A DNA stretch of 64,000 bases from Octopus sinensis (GCF_006345805.1 NC_043000.1:123752001-123816000), one strand, 5' to 3'. Numbered from the stretch's first letter, positions 11,682-24,655 are shown. Notes: generated by a model from the sequence alone, not told the origin. Numbers and translations: made by a program.

Positions 11682-12870
11682 AAAATAGATGAACATCAAT
11701 GGAATCTGTATCTTTGTGGTACCAGTGCCGGTGGCACACACTTTGTGGTACCAGTGCCGGTGGCACACAAGAGAACCATCCGAACGTGGCCGTAGCCAGT
11801 TCCGCATCGACCGGCCTCCGTGCTGTGGGCACGTAACAAACACCATCCGATCATGGCCGTTCGCCAGCCTCATCTGGCACCTGTGTCGGTGGCACATAAA
11901 AACACCTTCCGAAGACCCGGCAAGACTAGTCAGTCCACCTGTGCATACCTTCCTTCTTGTGACACTTGTGAAGACCGGTTGAGGCAAGTGAAAATCAAAT
12001 CAAATCAAATCAAAATAGACAAAATAGATGAACATCAATGGAATTTGTATCTTGTGGTACCAGTGCCTGTGGCACACAAGAAATCCATCAGTGCCGTAGT
12101 CAGTGCGGTGGGCACATGACAAACACCATACGATCATGGCCGTTCACCAGCCTCATCTAGCACCTGTGTCGGTGGCACATAAAAACACCATCCGAAGACC
12201 CGGCAAGACTAGTCAGGCCATAACCCATGGCCCCTACCTGGGACGTAGTCAGTCCACCTGTGCATACCTTCCTTCTTGTGACACTTGTGAAGACCTGTTG
12301 AGGCAAGTGAAAATCAAAACAAATCAAAATAGATGAACATCAATGGAATTTGTATCTTTGTGGTACCAGTGCCGGTGGCACGTGGCACATAAGAAAACCA
12401 TCCGAACGTGGCCGTAGCCAGTACCGCATCGACTGGCCTCCGTGCTGTGGGCACGTAATCAAGCACCATCCGATCATGGCCGTTGCCAGCCTCATCTGGC
12501 ACCTGTGTCGGTGGCACATAAAAACACCATCCGAGCGTGGCCGTCTGCCAGCCTCGTCTGGCAACTGTGTCGGTGGCACATAAAAAACACCATCGAGCGT
12601 GGCCGTCTGCCAGCCTCGTCTGGCACCTGTGCGGTGGCACATAAAAACACCATCCGAGCGTGCCTTTGCCAGCCTCGTCTGGCACCTGTGTCGGTGGCAC
12701 ATAAAATCACCCACTACACTCCGGAGTGGTTGGCGTTAGGAAGGGCATCCAGCTGTAGAAACACTGCCAGATCTGACTGGACTGGTGCAGCTTTCGGGCT
12801 CCCCAGACCCCAGTTGAACCGTCCAACCCATGCTAGCATGGAAAGCGGACGTTAAATGATGATGATGATG
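11682..12870 (+). mobile_element. RTE 3'UTR with about three tandem ~310-350-bp units built of ~55-60-bp hairpin modules, ending in the (GAT)n tail
   Basis: aaaatagatgaacatcaatggaat recurs at ~11682, ~12020 and ~12325. The junction catccga|agacccggcaag recurs and is also seen at ~44215. Family-C tail at 12715-12870. Confidence 0.8.
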
Positions 12871-13439
12871 ATTATTATTATTATTATTATCATTATTAAG
12901 TCAGTGAACTGGCAGAATCGTTAGCATGTCACACAAAACACCTAACTGCATTTCTTGTTTCTTCTGATTCTATATTCTGAGTTCCAGTTCTGCTGAGGTC
13001 AGCTTTGCCTTTCTTCCTTTTGAGGTCGATGAAATAAATACCAGTTGAGCCATGGAGTCAGTGTAACCAACCAGCCATCTCCCCCAAAATTTAAGATATT
13101 GTACCTATATTAGAAAGGACTATTATTATTATTATTGGGAAGGCAGCAAGCTGGCAGGTTCATTAGCACATGAGATACAATGCTCAGTGGTATTTGTTCT
13201 GGCCCTTTGTGTCCTGAGTTCAAATCTTACCAAGGTCAACTTTGCCTTTCATCTCTCTAGGGTTGATAATATAATGTATGAGTCGATATTAAGGTTGATA
13301 ATGATACCAACTTCTCCCATGCCCCTAAAATTGCTGTCCTTGTTTGTAAATCAGAAACATTTATTATTGAGAGTAGTGGACTGGTAGAATTGTTAGGACA
13401 TAGGATAAAGTACTTTGCAATATTTGTTCCAACTAAGGG

Positions 13440-13915
13440 GGCAACCTGGCAGAAACATTAGCACACCGAGCAAAATGCTTAGCTGTATTTTATCTGTCTT
13501 TACATTCTTATTTCTTTACTGCTCACTAGGGGCTACACACAGAGGGGACAAACAAGGACAGACAAACAGATTGTCAATTATATCGACCCCAGTGTGTAAC
13601 TGGTACTTATTTAATCGACCCCCAGTGTGTAACTGGTACTTATTTAATCGACCCCGAAAGGATGAAAGGCAAAGTCAACCACAGCAAAATTTGAACTCAG
13701 AACGTAGCGGCAGACAAAATACCGCTAACATTTCTGCCAGCTCGCCTGTAAAGATGTCTGTCTTTACATTCTGAGTCCAAATTCCGCTGTGGTTGACTTT
13801 GCCTTTCAACCTTTCAGGGTCAACAAATTAAGTACCAGTTGCATACTAGGTTCAATCTAATCGCCTGGCCCCTCCCCCAAAATTTCGGGCCTTGTGCCTA
13901 GAGTATAAAAAAATC
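13440..13915 (+). mobile_element. Family-A SINE interrupted by an antisense family-A SINE (13509-13756) with 16-bp TSD
   Basis: tctgtctttacattct at 13493-13508 and 13757-13772. The inner copy carries a 39-bp tandem duplication (~13582-13660). Confidence 0.8.
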
Positions 13916-15396
13916 ATTAGTTCACTGGACAAAATGTTTTGTGGCATTGCGACTTGCCTCCTCTCCTGAATTTGCTGGCCTTGTGCCAAAATTTGAAATC
14001 AATATTTGTTCCAACTCCCTCTGTGCTAAGTTCAAATCCTGCTGCAATTGAAGAAATTGAGTGTCCCCTTTCTTTCAAAATTGCTAATTTGTACCTTTTA
14101 TTTTTCCTTGAACCCAAGGATTCATAAGACCAGTTACCTTATAAGTGACCAAGATCACAACATTCTCCTTGAACTAGACACCACTCTGTTGCAAGGTTCA
14201 AGTCATCAGTTTTGAAGGGAGAGGAAAAATTGATCACATCATCCCAAATACTTTAGTCCACATTACTACATAAGGAGTATAGGGTCAGTTTTCCAGTTTC
14301 TCTGACATATATATTCCTCCCTTAGTGGAACACCTGTCCATTGCAGGATTACCCATTTTTATCCGTTGAGTAGACTGGAGCAATGTGAAATGAAGGGTTT
14401 TACTTAAGCACACAACACAACACATCACCCAGTCCAAGAATTAAAACCACAATTTTACAATCATGAGTCCAACACTCTAACCACTAAGCCATGCTCCTCT
14501 ACATCCCCAATACTTGGCTGATTCTTTATTTTATCAACCCTGAAAGGATGAAGAGCAATGTTAATATTGGCAAGGTTTGAACTCAGAATGTAAAGAACCA
14601 GAAGAAATGCCACAAAACATTTGTCCAACATGCTATTTATTCTTCTCCTGCTCACTGCCTTTATGCCTAAATTAGAAACAATTATTATAATAACATAATT
14701 CATTAATAAAGTATCTGAATTAGTGATTATCTTCAGCACTGTGTATTCCTCTTGGTGTAGCTTAGCCCTTATTCTTTCAGTTATATTTTTTTATGCGCAT
14801 TTGTAAGTCCAGCATCGCCTGCTGTGTGAAGTCAAACCAATGTTAACAACTATTCAAGAAAAAAATATACTTGCATTATTCCACAATTAAATACATCAAA
14901 TAGTTCTAAATTTACATTTTATATTTCCCTTTCCATAAAAAAAAAAATTTATTTATTATTGTAAATATTTTTTGAAAAAACTAATTTACTCCTTATCCCT
15001 TCTTTAAGGGAACAAAATCCAAACCAAGTTGTTTAAGAACGTCCTTGAAGTTCTTTAAATTATTTTTAAAACAATGAATTCCACAAAAAATAAATGAAAA
15101 GATGTTTAATTTTTTTTGACATTTAAACATTATTTTTATTGAATAAAATGTCTATTTTGCATTAGTCGTTTTGTCTTTTTTTCTGTTACATTATCAGTTT
15201 TTATATATATAGTGATTGGTCTATAAAACAGTATTTTTCATTGGAAATCCTGTGAGGATGGAAAGAGGGAAGACAAATTACTACAATTAATAAAAATAAG
15301 AGATGGTTTTTAAACTTTTCAAACTTGTCCAATATCACAGGGAAAATAGAAGAATTATACGATTGTAATTTCTATTTTGTCTTCACATTAATAAAA

Positions 15397-15628
15397 AGTA
15401 AAGTTACTTTCTTGAGTCATACAGACTCATAAGAGCTGGTTTCCTGGCATGTATATTCTTCACCTGGATGGGACGCCAGTCCATTGCAGGATTACTCATT
15501 TTCACCAACTGAGCAACATGAAAGGAAGTGTTTTGCTCAAGAATACAATGTGTCGCCTGGTCCAAGAATCAAAACCACAACCTTACAATCATGAGTCCAA
15601 CACCCTAACCACTAAGCCATGCACCTCC
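15397..15628 (-). mobile_element. tRNA-derived SINE, family D-related
   Basis: Reverse complement of the ggaggtgcatggcttagtggttaggg head at the right end. Confidence 0.7.
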
Positions 15629-15666
15629 ACATTAATAAAAAGGGGTGAAGAGTAAAAGTTTCCTAT

Positions 15667-15992
15667 AGGCGCAGGAATGGCTGTGTGGTAAGTAGCTTGC
15701 TTACCAACCACATGGTTCCAGGTTCAGTCCCACTGCATGGCACCTTGGGCAAGTGTCTTCTACTATAACCTCGGACTGACCAAAGCCTTGTGAGTGGATT
15801 TGGTAGACGGAAACTGAAAGAAGCCTGTCGTATATATATATATATATATGTGTGTGTGTATGTATGTATATGTTTGTGTGTCTGTGTTTGTCCCCCCAAC
15901 ATCACTTGACAACTGATGGTAGTGTGTTTATGTTCCCGTAACTTAGCGGTTTGGCAAAAGAAACCGATAGAATAAGTACTAGGCTTACAAAG
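15667..15992 (+). mobile_element. SINE family B (3'-truncated)
   Basis: Homologous to 8586-8995. Confidence 0.8.
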
Positions 15993-16084
15993 GCTGTAGA
16001 AAATCCTCTTCAACAAATTTCGTGTGACCCATACAAGTATGGAAAAGGGAACATTAAATGTTGATGATGATAATCACAAGTAGA

Positions 16085-17460
16085 AAACAACCAAGTGCTG
16101 AAAGTTCAGGTAGTGAAGTAAAACATTGCTTCTGGATGTTGAATTTCAAGTGTTGGGCCAATTCAAAGTGTACAAATGATAAAAATATGTGGAAACATCT
16201 TTAAGCTTCACTACATCAACAATTAAAACAGTCTTGTAAAAGAAAATGGAGACAAAATAAAAGCTTTTCTCATGATGACCCTTTGTCATCTGCAAAGAAG
16301 GGGAATTGTTCAAAGAATAAATTTAAAAAAACAGCAGATGTACTTAGATGCGAGAATATGACAAAATTTATTAAGCCAGCATATAAGGATAGAAGGAATA
16401 TCATTAGACACAAAGACAAGGAGATAATTCATAAATATTTGTAGTTAGTAGAGTTTGGTTTGATAGGTTCAAATGATGACATAATTTAAAGCATCCATGT
16501 TTATATGAAGCTGCTTGTGTTGACACTCAGACAGCAAAGGAAGTTCCTTATGTTCTTAAGATTATCATCAAACATAGCAACTATTTTTGCCAACTTATAT
16601 TTAATGTAGGCGAGAAAAGCCATTTCTGGAAAGGAATGCGATCCTGAACTTCAATTTCACAAGAAGAAAAGTGACTCTTGTTAAAGGCCAGGAAAGACTT
16701 TAACATTTCTACTTTAGGGCAGTGTTTCAGGAGGCTTTGAGTGGAAGTTAATACTTATTAATCATTCAGAAAGACATCAGCAGATATGGACAATAACTGT
16801 GTATGTTCTAAAGATCTAAAAAGAAGGTCAAAGTGACAAAAGAAATATTCACACCACACTGGTTTGTTTCATACTTATTTTCAGCAGTGAAAATATTGTG
16901 GAGAGCATAACCTTGAATCTAAGGCATTGTTAGGAATTGATAATGTTTTAGGTCATCCACAGAATTTCACCACTTTGCATTCCTGTGAAAATAGTTTTAC
17001 TTACCACAAAACAACACTTCTTTACATCAACCCATGTTTCAAGGTGTGATTTTTAACATAGAAGAATTATACAAATGTAATTTCTATTTTGCCTTCACAT
17101 TAATAAAAAGTAAAGTTACTTTCTTGAGTCATACCAACTCATAAGAGCTGGTTTCCTTTGTAACAACTTCAAACAGCTTGTTGAAGAAACATTTGACCAA
17201 GATAAATAATCAATAATCATTCAGAGACTTTTCAGAAAACTACAATATCTCCAATGGTCATAGATAATATTAAAACATATTGGAGTAAAATAACCAAGAA
17301 TTACATGAAAGGAATTTAGAAAAAGCTATAGCAAGAATTATGCAAAGATTTTCTAGAATTTACCAAAGAAATAGAACCAGCAGTCAATAATCAACTTGCC
17401 AAAGAAAGGAGAATGCAAAATATCAATGTGGAATATTTGGAAGATTCCAATAGTCTTCTG
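16085..17460 (+). pseudogene. Highly decayed pogo/Tigger (CENP-B-like DDE_1) transposase
   Basis: Scattered motifs in the expected order: FKL.TSTIKTV (HTH), IFNVGEK..FWKGM, KALLGIDNVLGHP, PQNNTSLHQPMFQGVI (cf. PPNTTSLIQPMDQGVI), NYNI...IDNIK. Many stops and frameshifts. Confidence 0.6.
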
Positions 17461-17801
17461 GTAAGTATTTATCAATTGAAGAGATGCAAGATTTATTTTT
17501 TTTTATCAATGACACATCACTTGTGGAGGTTCTTTCATTGGAACTTTCATGGCTACAGTCTTGGACCAGCTGCATAGTTTTCCAGCCCTTGTACAGAATG
17601 TTTATACAAGACGCTACTCATGTGGATGTCTGGTGGTTCACAATGAACTCATCTGTCCTTTGACAGGTCTTTGTTTTTAGGCCTGCAGGGTATTCACAAC
17701 ATCCTCCTCACCTTGCAAGCCAGGCTGGGTAGCCAATCAAGTTGCCAACCACCCACCTATGAAACAGGTAATACTGGGTTACATGATACCAGAAGTAGGA
17801 T

Positions 17802-18020
17802 AAGGCGGTGAGCTGGCAGAACCGTTAGCATGCCGGGCGAAATGCGTAGCCATATTTCGTCTGCCATTACGTTCTGAGTTCAAATTCCGCCGAGGTCGAC
17901 TTTGCCTTTCATCCTTTCAGGGTCAATTAAATAAGTACCAGTTACGCACTGGGGTCGATGTAATCGACTTAATCTGTTTGTCCCCTCTATGTTTAGTCCC
18001 TTGTGGGTAATAAAGAAACA
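17802..18020 (+). mobile_element. SINE family A with 17-bp TSD
   Basis: gataccagaagtaggat at 17785-17801 and 18021-18037. Confidence 0.88.
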
Positions 18021-18454
18021 GATACCAGAAGTAGGATTTTCAAGACCTGGCCTTAATGCAGTGATTAGTACAGGAACTCAACCAAACTGATACTGAAGGC
18101 TCTACTGTATGGACTGGAAAACCAAAAAGAAATCTTACAACCGAATTTCTCAGTAACATGGATATCTCAGTTATGGATATCATAGGCCAGTTTATTGAAA
18201 ATTATTCTGATTGGAAGTGCAACTTCAAGTAAAGAGAAATGTTACAGGCATGATAGTGTGAATAGCTTTATGAGACAAAACTCAATAAAATGCAGATGAC
18301 ATTTTTCATAAAGCAATTTGTATGTAAGGAAAAAATACAGCCTGTGCTATTCTATTTCTCACTGCTACTTTTCAACTGAAGTAGGCTGATGCACTTGTAA
18401 TTAAAGTTGATTAATTCAATTCGATTCATAATTTTATAACATTAGATCTTAAAC

Positions 18455-18812
18455 TCAGGGTGGAGTGAAGCTGTTTGATAAAAGGAGGACTGAGGACTTG
18501 ATGAGGATGCTGGGGTTGGAGGAATCGATGGAACAGCTGGCAAGGGCAAATGGAGTGCGGTGGTATGGGCATGTATTGAGGAGCATGTTCTGAGGAGGGT
18601 GCTTGTGTTTGAGGTAAATGGACCAGGAAAGTGAGGTAGACAGAGGAAAAAGTAGAGGAGATTGGGAAGGTTGGCTTTAGAAGGGAGGACGCCCAAAACC
18701 TGGCGAGATGGTGTGAGGATGGTTGCTATGGCATTGAGGTAGATCCGGCCACCCCCATTAACAGGGACAAAACTTGGATTTAAAACACTGGATGGTGATG
18801 GTGATGATGATA
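18455..18812 (+). mobile_element. RTE LINE 3' fragment (ORF C-terminus plus short UTR, GAT tail)
   Basis: Translates GVKLFDKRRTEDLMRMLGLEESMEQLARANGVRWYGHVLR..., the RW(Y/F)GHV.R motif of RTE ORF ends. Confidence 0.75.
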
Positions 18813-18944
18813 TCACAGTGTGGAAAAATATCTAAAGTTATTAACTACTTAGATTTTTCAGTTGCTTGGTGATGTGCTTTTATCACTGTTAAAAATATTG
18901 TCTGTCATACTCATATCTCTCTGCTATTATGATCATACTCTTTT

Positions 18945-19325
18945 ATTTGTTTCAGTCATTTGACTGTGGCCATGCTGGAGCACCGCCTTTAGTCGAGCAA
19001 ATCAATCCCAGGACTTATTCTTTGTAAGCCTAGTACTTATTCTATCGGTCTCTTTTGCCGAACCGCTAAGTTACAGGGACATAATCACACCAGCATCGGT
19101 TGTCAAGCGATGTTGGTGAGACAAACACAGATACACAAACATATACACACACATATATACATATATACGACGGGCTTCTTTCAGTTTCTGTCTATCAAAT
19201 CCACTCACAAGGCTTTGGTCGGCCTGAGGCTATAGTAGAAGACACTTGCCCAAGGTGCCATGCAGTGGGACTAAACCCGGAACCATGTGGTTGGTAAACA
19301 AGCTACTTACCACACAGCCACTCCT
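18945..19325 (-). mobile_element. SINE family B, full length
   Basis: Reverse complement of 8586-8995. Confidence 0.85.
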
Positions 19326-20211
19326 GCATCACATGTAGTATTATTTCTTTTAATACTGCATATTACAGTATATATCCACCACAAGGTCTAGTCCTTTTTG
19401 CTTTGTGGTAGTCTGTGTGCTTCAATGATCCTTAGAGCTATGCCAGCAGAGGACAAGCTCCTGTTAGGAACTCTTATTCAAGGCAAGTCAAACGATAGAG
19501 GTTAGACTAATATGGACCACCACTTCCAAGAGGTAAAAATGAAGGGCTAGCTCTACTGCCTAGAGAAAAGTAAAGTTACAGAAGCATTAATGACAATTCA
19601 AAACCAACAAGACCTTAGAGAGGAAAGCCTTCCCTCAGGGAAACATGACACAGGGCAATAAAATTCAAAAGGAAGCTGCAGGGATCCAGTCAGAGATAAT
19701 CAGGAAAAACAATCCAGAATCAAGAACAGTTGTCAATGGCCTATACTTCATAGGGGGAAAAGGGCTTCAATATTACAACATATTTCAATTATATTATGAC
19801 TTTACTGCTAAGAGTATTTTATGGTCAAAGTAACTATTTATAGGATCATTGTTAAGTTAAGCACCAGTGCCAAAAATACACACATCAATAATGGCTGGAT
19901 AACAAATGTTGACTCTTCAACAGGTAGGTCAGCAAATCTATTGATTTCATACAGCTGTGAGTATTGTCTTGCTTTGAACTTCTTTTTTTAAAAATAATCA
20001 TAACTAATAGATCCTGAAAAAAAAATCAATAAGATGTGCTATCGAAGACCAGTTTCATATAAACAAATATGAACAATATCTAGTAATGAGTTGATTTATT
20101 TCAGATCTATAGATGGATTTATTACAAAGCTAACATTTTGCTTACTGATGTGTTGTTTCATCTCTCTTCTATTGTTACTATAACAGTCTGCTCTTCCCTG
20201 CATACCTATTT

Positions 20212-20421
20212 CTTTATTACCCACAAGGACAAACAAGGACAGACAAAGGTATTAAGTCGATTACATCGACCCCAGTGTGTAACTGGTACTTAATTTATCG
20301 ACCCCAAAAGGATGAAAGGCAAAGTCGACCGTGGCAGAATTTGAACTCAGAACGTAACGGCAGACGAAATACTGCTTAGCATTTCGCCCAGCATGCTAAC
20401 GTTTCTGCCAGCTCGCTGCCT
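20212..20421 (-). mobile_element. SINE family A
   Basis: Reverse complement of the family-A sequence. Confidence 0.8.
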
Positions 20422-20944
20422 TCCTGCATACTTTCTTCACCTAGGAAAATACACTCCACTTCTCTCTCATCATGTCATCACTTAGGAAATTACAATAAAC
20501 ATTTTACCAAATCCTTCCTCCCAAAAATGGCAATCTACTGAAATTTGCTTTCAGTGCCTGTTTTTCCTGCAGATATCAAACTACAAATATCCAAACTAAT
20601 TAATGATCTTATAAAACTGAGAATGACTGCATCATGGGCTTTGTTCCTCCTCCTCCTTTAACTAGTTCATATGAAGAAAAAATCATAAGTGGATACACAC
20701 ATTTACAAATACTCACATTCACAAACACACATATACATTTGTATACACACATGTACACACATATACACACACATGCCCATGCACATATCAGATAAAAATC
20801 CGGAAAATGTTTACATTGTATTTGTAACCTGATAAATTCTTATCACTGAAGTCATCTTTTACTGTAAATAATTACTGTTCTTACACAGTGACAACTTTCT
20901 CTGTTGACTTGAGTACAATAACAAGCTATATTTGGCTTTATTAT

Positions 20945-21340
20945 TATTGGGTTGTCCGGAAAGTTCATGCCAATTTTTAGAGGAAAGAAAAGGTCAATAA
21001 ATACTTGCCATCACATTTTTAATCAACCAAATATGAACCATTTTGTTGCACAATGCGTCTCCATCTTTCCTTTAACTTGAAAATACCCTCTTCCTAGACT
21101 TGGGGTGGTTTCATGGTAAAGAATTTATCAAGGTATCTTTTTACGTTATCTAAGGAATTGAAAGTTTTACCATTAAGACTATTCTGCAGAAACCTGAATA
21201 AGTGGAAATCCGAAGGAGCAATATCTGGTGAATATGGAGGGTGGGGTAACACATCCCAGCCGAGCTGCAGCAATTTTTGCCTGGTTCCCCAAAGCATCAA
21301 ATGCCGAAAATGAACTTTCTTATATTCCATTTTAAGAGGT
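20945..21340 (-). mobile_element. Internally deleted mariner element
   Basis: TIR-like tattgggttgtccggaaagttc. ORF 21094-21330 fuses the N-terminus MEYKKVHFRHLML directly to KLLQLGWDVLPHPPYSPDIAPSDFHLF. Confidence 0.85.
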
Positions 21341-21499
21341 TACAGAATTAACACAGGTTATAGGAACATAAACCTTCTTCCACGATAAGATAGCTTAAAC
21401 TGTTCTCTAAATGGAGGTGTAATCAAATCCTGTTTTATGGACTCAACTATGTTCTAAAATGGCTGTAATTGTAAATTTTTAGAATGAAGTAATTGTAAA

Positions 21500-21608
21500 T
21501 TTTTAGAATGACATTATAGGGTAAGTGTGAAAGGCTTGATCTGGCTCATTTCAACATAAAACTGGTAGAATATTTGGGCCAGATATGGCCAGTTTGAATG
21601 TTAAAGGG
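21500..21608. mobile_element. Fragment of a second TTAA/AAGGG-ended MITE
   Basis: Ends ...gaatgttaaaggg|ttaa; the other end is not found. Confidence 0.45.
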
Positions 21609-22388
21609 TTAAATAGTAAAAGTAGTCTAAGTTACATATAACTGCAGTGGTGGTAGTGATGGTGGTGGTGGCAACCACAGCAGCAGTGGTGGCAGCATTG
21701 ACAGTGGTGTATAAATACCAAAAGACACCTGTCTTCTTTTTTCTAAAAAATCTAAAAACCAAAGGTTTAGGCACAATCAGAACTTATTTGTTTCTACTGT
21801 TGTTTATTTAAACTATTGCCCACTTTCCTTTTAAGATAATATATCTTTGCCAAGACCTTGGCTTTGTTGATTACATCTTTATATAATAACCATATGCTTA
21901 ATCTCTTTCACAAAGGTATCATCACACCTGTCATTTAGTCTTATCTCAACTACAAAACTGCATGTCTATATTATTGAACTCTACAACAGGTACAGAGTAT
22001 ATTTCCTACCATTTGTATGCCCTAAACTCACGCAGCCATCATCACCATCATCATCATCAACATCATCAGCAGCAGCAACAGCGGTAGCATCATCATCGTT
22101 GTTGTCATTGTCTTTGTCATCGTCGTCATCGTCATCATTTTAATGCTGCTTCCCCCCCCCTATGCTAACATTCTTTTCTATTCTAGACACAAAGGCCTGT
22201 AATTTTAGGGGATGGGACCTGTCGATAAGATCGACTCCAGTACACAATTGGTACTTAATTTATCGACCCCGAAAGGATGAAAGGCAAAGATGACCTCAGT
22301 GGAATTTGAACTCTGAACGTAAAGACAGACGAAATACAGCTAAGCATTTCGCCTAGCGTGCTAACGTTTCTGCCAGAACATTGGTTAA

Positions 22389-22604
22389 CCCTTTCGTTAC
22401 TGTATTTTGAGATGCTCTCTGTTTCTTTCACTTACTTTAAATATAACAAAGAATTTAGTAAAATAATTTGGTTATCATTCAGCTAGTGTCAGGAATATAA
22501 ATTGTGACTAAGGTTTGGTGGAAGATTTTAATTCAAAACTTATGAAAACAAGACATTTGTACTCAGAGCCAGAGCCAGTTTCAACCAGGTTGATATCAAA
22601 AAGA
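22389..22604. mobile_element. piggyBac-like MITE, second copy
   Basis: TTAA|CCCTTTCGTTAC...aaaaaga|TTAA; colinear with 5412-5631. Confidence 0.8.
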
Positions 22605-23480
22605 TTAAGCAAAACTTTTCCACAGTCAGACACCCTTCTTGTTGCCAACCCTCACTCATTTCTAAGAAAGATACTTGATCAGATTTCCTCTGATTTTTAA
22701 AAAATTTTTGTTGACCAATAAAGAGGTCAGTATAATACAAGATGCCTCCTCTGCAGTTTTGATCTAAAGCCATCTATTTGATGACTTTGATTTTGTTTTT
22801 AAGGAGTGTACAAACACTGTTGAGTCAATGGGAAAACACAAACACACATTTATACATATTCACACACACACATGTACACATATACACACACACACATACA
22901 AATACACACACACTCACTCATACACACATATATGTATATCTCTATTTGTGTGTGTGTGTGTGTGTGTGTGTGTTTGTCCCCTACCAATGCTTCACAACTC
23001 ATGTTGGCTTGTTTTACATCCCTGTTATTTAGTAGTTTGGCAAAAGGAACCAATAAAACAGGCACCAGACTGAAAAATAAATCCTGGAGTAAATTTGTTT
23101 GATTAAGCCCTTCAAGGTAGTGCCCCAGCATGGCTGTACTCCAAGGACTGTAATAATTAAAAGATAAAACATAGCCATATTTTCCAAATATACCTGGATG
23201 GGAATGAGAATGATCCTGTAGCGAGACTGTTGTCATAAATTGCTTGGTTAAGGTTAAATAGTCAGAAATCAGCTCACCCTGCATGTTCCTATCGATTGGT
23301 CACATAAACCAGTCATGGCTGAGTTTGTTTCTTGGATTGGTCTAGTTTTACACAGGATACAGTTTTGTATCCAATTGCATTGTACAATAGACCAACCAGC
23401 ATGACAAAATTAAATGCCTGTTGAACTTCTTTCTATCAGTAAATAAGAGAATTTTCCCTGCTTTCTGCAATGAGGTCCAC

Positions 23481-23750
23481 GAGCTTATGGTGTAGTGGTT
23501 AAGAGTGCAGGCTACTAACCCCCAAGATTCCGAGTTCGATTCCAAGCAGAAACCCGAACAATAATAATAATAATAATAATGATAATAATAATATCAAATA
23601 CCATCGAAAAATACCTTAGAAATGAGAACCCAGGTTCGAAATTTCCCCAAGTCACCTGAAGAAGCCTAGAGGGTATATCAGCCAAAACGTTGTGTTAACA
23701 GCAAACGAGATGAGTACAAATATCCATCAAATGTAAATAATGTAAATAAA
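23481..23750 (+). mobile_element. SINE-like element: tRNA-like head, (AAT)n, Penelope-type hammerhead, (tgtaaataa) tail
   Basis: A box tggtgtagtggt at 23488-99 and B box gagttcgattcc at 23532-43. Hammerhead relic at 23652-23695: CUGAAGA, stem II, AAAAC in place of GAAAC, AACGUU palindrome, stem I cac/gtg. Confidence 0.65.
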
Positions 23751-23759
23751 GCTGGTTAT

Positions 23760-24058
23760 GATGACAAGGGTTCCAGTTCATCTGATCAATGGAACAGCCT
23801 ACTCATGAAACTAACATGCAAGTGGCTGAGTACACCACAGACACATATACCCTTAACGTGGTTCTCGGTAAGATTCAGCGACACAAAATGTAACAAGGCT
23901 GGCTCTTTGAAATGCAAGTACTACTCAATTCTGCCGGCTGAGTGGACTGGAGCAATGTGAAATAAAGTGTCTTGCTCAAGGTCACAACACACCAGCAGAA
24001 ATCGAACTCACAACGTTATGATCATGAACTGAATGCCCTAACCACTTAGCATGCACCT
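23760..24058 (-). mobile_element. SINE family D
   Basis: Homologous to 48349-48676. Confidence 0.75.
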
Positions 24059-24571
24059 CCATACAAATTAATCATAAGCAATTAAATGTATGAAGTCAAA
24101 ATCCTGATCAAGATCTAATATGCTAACTCTTACTAGATTTTCTAATGAAATATTTTCACTATGGCTTGATAAAATTATTGAATGTTAATATAATATATGA
24201 CAGCTGTCTACACTCATACATGCATTTGTATGCTGATTAATTTTTAATAATTAAATTTTCTTCAATCTCTTCAAAGAGAGATAGAAGATATTAATTGAAT
24301 ATTATGAATAGAGCCAGATAATTAGTACGCTTAAGCTATATAAATCTCTCTCTCTCTCTCTCTCTCTCTTTCTCCCTAACCCCTCTCTCTAATAGATATA
24401 CATTCACGTCCTAGATAGGCTGTATCTGAATAATAGATGGAACAAGTGATGTTTATGTCAAAAACACATTTTGTCATTGGACTACTTCAATCAGAATTGC
24501 TCCGGGGCTAATCGAAAAAAAGTAGCAATAAAATACACAGTCATGTACATAGACTTGTACCAAGAGAAATA

Positions 24572-24576
<5 letters not shown>

Positions 24577-24645
<69 letters not shown>

Positions 24646-24655
24646 AAGAGAGAAA
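24577..24655. repeat. (GA)n microsatellite
   Basis: Direct reading. Confidence 0.9.

Noticed and set aside
11682-12720. CRISPR-like repeat/spacer appearance
   Set aside because: Eukaryotic context with no cas genes; the 'spacers' are homologous to each other and the array is continuous with an RTE 3' tail.
23488-23545. tRNA genes at SINE heads (also 48600-48675, 6020-6090)
   Set aside because: A and B boxes are present but there is no closed acceptor stem, and each continues into a multicopy SINE body.
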